From Moniliella sp. 'wahieum' (Eukaryota), in contig RSEE01000051.1 of NCBI GenBank assembly GCA_003971905.1, forward strand, positions 434,001 to 486,057: a stretch of DNA of 52,057 bases, in the 5' to 3' direction. A program made the translations under genes and the position numbers. Numbering within the stretch: the stretch's first letter is position 1; each line of letters begins with the position of its first letter. This document shows, piece by piece, positions 48,421-52,057 of the stretch. A model generated the notes under the pieces. That model saw only the letters and a program-made list of their open reading frames with translations, did not search any database and was not told the DNA's origin.

Positions 48421-51400
48421 TCATCTGTGCCCCATAAAAAAGGAAACAACGTCTCGTAGAGTCTCAGGGAACGTCCGGGGCTTGCGCAGCCCCCTGGCCC
48501 CGTCCCAGCCGTCGCTGAATCTGGCGAGCCCGAGGTGATCCAGCCGGGCAGACGCGCCTCGATGTCGGAGCGAGCATAGCGCGCGTCCACAAGGAGTAGT
48601 GCGGCATAATCGCCCGCATGTCGGATCGCCCTTCCAATGCTTTGGTTAACGGCCCGCATGCACATGTTCATGTACAGCTCCTTGCCTGCGTCGGTGCTAC
48701 TTGCGCGTGGCTGGTTCTCGCGCGCAAAGCGCATCGTTCTTGTAGTTCGGCGCTTCCGGCGTGCGGAAAGGGGGCCAAGCACCACCACCGCCCGAGCCAA
48801 GTCGTCAGCAAAGTTGATCCCTTCGCTCAGCTTGGCGCCCACTACAGCAAACAAAAGGCGCCGCGCCTTCGTCCACTGGGAGCGGCCTTGACAGCCGCGC
48901 ATACTCCCCCAGCAGCGCCTCTACTTCGCCACTCGAGTTGGTTCGTAGAAGAGGGATTTGCGGTCCGCCAGTTTGCCCAACATACCACTGGCTTGCCATC
49001 GCGCTTTGTACGCCGCCAGGACGGCATAGGAAGGAACGAATACGACCATTCCGTGTGGCACGACGAGGCTACGTTGAGCAAGACTTGACCCAACTCGTCC
49101 GTCTGACAGAAAGAAGCGAGTTCATCCGGATCAGCCAACACACCAAGCAGGACAATAGGAGGGGCACACACCATTTGCGTATCCGATCGTTTCTCGTACG
49201 TCACTCCAACCGTCTTCCCGACGGGCCAACACACAACACTCGTCAGGACATTTTTGGAGGGGATAATGTGCCCGCAGGAAAGCTTATCAACCGCGTCCTC
49301 TGACCGAAGGAAATAGTTGCGCCACCACGGGTGCCATGGGCGACATGGTCCCACCGGCCAAAACGACAGACCGGGCGGATTGGACAACAGGCGCAAACGC
49401 CTTACCCGCATCCAGCAGTTGATACTTGATACTCACGTTGCGACCCAGGTCTGCTTCGCTCCCGGCTTGGACACGCAGAAGGACTCGACCATCTCCATCG
49501 GATCGAGCGAGACTGTCGAGAAAACGGGCAAGGGTGTGAAGAACGGGAAGGCTGCTCCGCAAGTGGGTGGCTGACTACTTGGGTTTGCTTTGCTGCTGCG
49601 TCGAGCGGCAACGTCCGCGTACCCTGCCAATTTCCGAGCAACTTGCTCTCATGAAGGAACCGAGAAAGCGCGAGCTGACTGATCTGGTGGTGTCAGTATT
49701 CGTAATTGGAATTGAAGAGAAGGAAGCGAGAGAAGACGTACGTTGATCAGATCCCCTGTTCCGCCCATCTGCGCGACAAACTTGCTGGCGGTCAAGATGG
49801 CTTCTTTGGGCTTGAAGCGAGTCCCAGAAGGGAAGAGGTCCGGCATGCCATTGCCATTGGACCGAGGGGGTCCTTTTCCCATTTCAAGAAGAGGCGGCTT
49901 TTGATTGCCCTGGCCATGGCCATTAGTCTTGCTGCTCGGTTGCGCCACTGCTTCCAAAGCCCAATTCCGTATGGCTGCCACCATGGCTGTCAGCGCAGCC
50001 ACCAAGCGACGAATTTGGACCTCGTTGTCCCCACGGAGACGAGTAGCAAACCGAGTGAGATAGGCTTGGGTGGCCTCCAGCGCGCTGCGCACATCCGCCA
50101 AAGTGAGCGACAAGGTGTATTGTCCCAGGACCGTATCAACCAGGTTATGGGCCTCATCAATGAGCACCACATTGTCCTTGAGTGTCACGCCCCCTGAATT
50201 TGGCTCCGAGGCACTCAACAACAAGTTGTAGGGTGCGGTAACGAGATGCGCAGTACGGGTGGCAGCGCGCGAGGCAAAATAGGGACATACTCCTAAGTCC
50301 CGTCCAAGTGAGGCAAGGTCCTCAATGTCTCGCACTTGGGCAAACGCATGGGAGCGGAACAGGATGGTGCGTTCTAATCCCTCGGTTGTAGGCGGCGGGG
50401 CAAACGGGCACCGGCAATCCTCTTCGTCAGGCGAATCAGCGAGGGAAGAGGAAGTGGTGGTGCTGTTCGTTTTTCTTCGTTTGTTGGCTTCGGACCGTGG
50501 CGGCGCAGTGAGCAGTTCTGCACCGCTCATTCATCGCCTCTGTCCCCCTGGCCGCACCCAGAGAACGGACCTGGTCATTGATACACAACTGGGCTCGGCT
50601 GCCCAATGCAATGGCCCGCAGGGGGATGGTCTCCCATACCCATCCCTCGGACGCAGGCTTATCGGGTGGAAGACCCTCGGTCGCGGGATCCTCAACACCA
50701 ATCTCGACACGGGGACCCCCACGAAGCGGTGCAACCGAACGAACCGGTTTGACACGAAGCCCATGCTGGGCAAACCGCGTCTTGCGCACTTCAGCGGCAA
50801 ACTGGGTAATTGGCTGTGCGTGCGGCTGGCCAAGATGATTTGGGGTTTGGTTTCCTGGGTCAGCAACTCTTCCAACTCGCGCTCCCGCCTTGATCCGCCC
50901 TCGGATATGGAGGCCAACGCCGTCCGCGTGTCAAACTCGCATGCAGTGCTCCCCGACCCGATCCCGACGTTGCGGACTCGTACGTTCGCAACAGCGCTTT
51001 CAGCTCGGGTGTCAAACCGGCATCGTCTGCTTCGGGCGTGGGGTGCCTAGGAAAGCAGCCATCTCGTCCGCCACCGAGACATTGGTTTCGTGTTCACCCA
51101 GAATAAAACGATCGTCGTCCGCCTCGTCTCCGACATCGATACGCGGACGCGCATGCTTATGCGAGGTAGCGTACGACCTACCAGTCCGCCCGGCTGGAAC
51201 GAGGGTGCGAGCAGGCGCCGTTGCTTTGGCTTGGACCAAGCGTTGCTCCTGTCGACGAGCGGTGGCAATGCGCTGGCTCAAGTCCCGTTCCGCCTCGGCT
51301 GCCCAATCTCGTTCCTTGGCGAGCGCGTGGGCAGTAACCCAGTCGGGTACATCGTCATCGTCGGCCAGGCTGGGGGCGGCATGGTGCGAGGGGGAGAGTT

Positions 51401-51693
51401 GGGTGGACAAAGGTGCAGTCGTAAGGGCACCACGCGTGGAACGCTGCATGTTGCTCGATCCATGTCAGCGCGGCACACGCAAGCGACAGTGACTTGCCCG
51501 TGCCAGTGGGCGACTCGAAGATGCCAGCGTGGCCGTGCTCAATGCAGTGGAACAGGGCGCGCATGAGCGTGAGCTGGATGGTGTACGCCTGGGAATGGGG
51601 GAAACCAAAGGCACGCGAGGCGGCCTCTGCGTCCGACTCGGACGCGGAGGGCGTGGGAAGAACGAGCGCTCCGGCGGATGAAGCACTGGTCAT
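48421..51693 (-). CDS. CHL1: FeS-cluster DNA helicase Chl1/DDX11
   Basis: AYTIQLTLM...[42 protein letters not shown]...[68 protein letters not shown]. Two short introns near 49100-49180 and 49680-49740. Confidence 0.95.
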
Positions 51694-52057
51694 GGCGGCG
51701 GATTGGAGTGGTGGTGGTGGTGGTGCCCATCGATCGAACGAGGCCAGTGGCGAGCGAGGCTACTGCGCCGGAAGGAGCCCCCGCGTCAAGCCATATTAAC
51801 ACCCCAACGAAGTGGCCAAAATTCTCCAACGCGCCGCGTCGATGCATGGAGGACGCGTGTGAACATTGAACATTGAATATTGTCCCCGACACGTGACCAG
51901 TACACAGGCCACCCGGAACTCGCGATAAGAAGGCGGCGAAGAATCGGCACATCGATGGGATAATTGAGGCCTCGAGGAATCAATAGGCGACATGATGGCG
52001 TTTTGCGTCCTGGGTGAGTTGGGTACCAGCCTAAAGCATTGTTCCTGGGCCGGCAAA

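Noticed and set aside
621..51693. Pervasive frameshifts in PFK, ABP1, PHO8, ACAD, RPL40, NTH1, CHL1 suggesting mass pseudogenisation, programmed frameshifting or insertional RNA editing
   Set aside because: Essential genes, a tRNA and the two LTRs are all affected by small deletions while catalytic residues remain conserved. This is the expected signature of unpolished long-read consensus error; short-read polishing would settle it.

Overview
Eukaryotic, GC-rich fungal DNA, most likely a basidiomycete (Ustilaginomycotina-like: compact genes, short 47-70 nt GT-AG introns with CTRAC branch points, intron-containing tRNAs). Nearly every conserved gene is broken by small indels, which points to an unpolished long-read assembly, so gene ends are approximate and proteins were rebuilt by hand across frames. 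In order the window holds: tRNA-Ser(GCT), PSF3, a bZIP factor, phosphofructokinase, a histidine phosphatase, a 47-aa Zn-ribbon-like microprotein, a Cys-less thioredoxin-fold membrane protein, a single-pass membrane protein, ABP1, PHO8, tRNA-His(GTG), a young full-length Ty1/copia element (224-bp LTRs, CTTAG TSD), a tandem pair of CENP-B/Tc5-type HTH genes with no transposase catalytic domain, tRNA-Asp(GTC), a cytochrome b5/acyl-CoA dehydrogenase, an eL40 fusion whose ubiquitin moiety is strongly diverged, NTH1, tRNA-Lys(CTT), hypothetical genes and CHL1/DDX11. The most unusual observations are: (1) the non-canonical ubiquitin-like domain (about half identical to ubiquitin, ending SLSLLGG) fused to eL40; (2) intergenic 7-bp tandem arrays across the window that follow one rule, [4-bp palindrome + TNA]n, with many different palindromes; (3) the domesticated-looking Tc5/CENP-B pair flanking the longest such array, beside a tRNA-proximal copia insertion.
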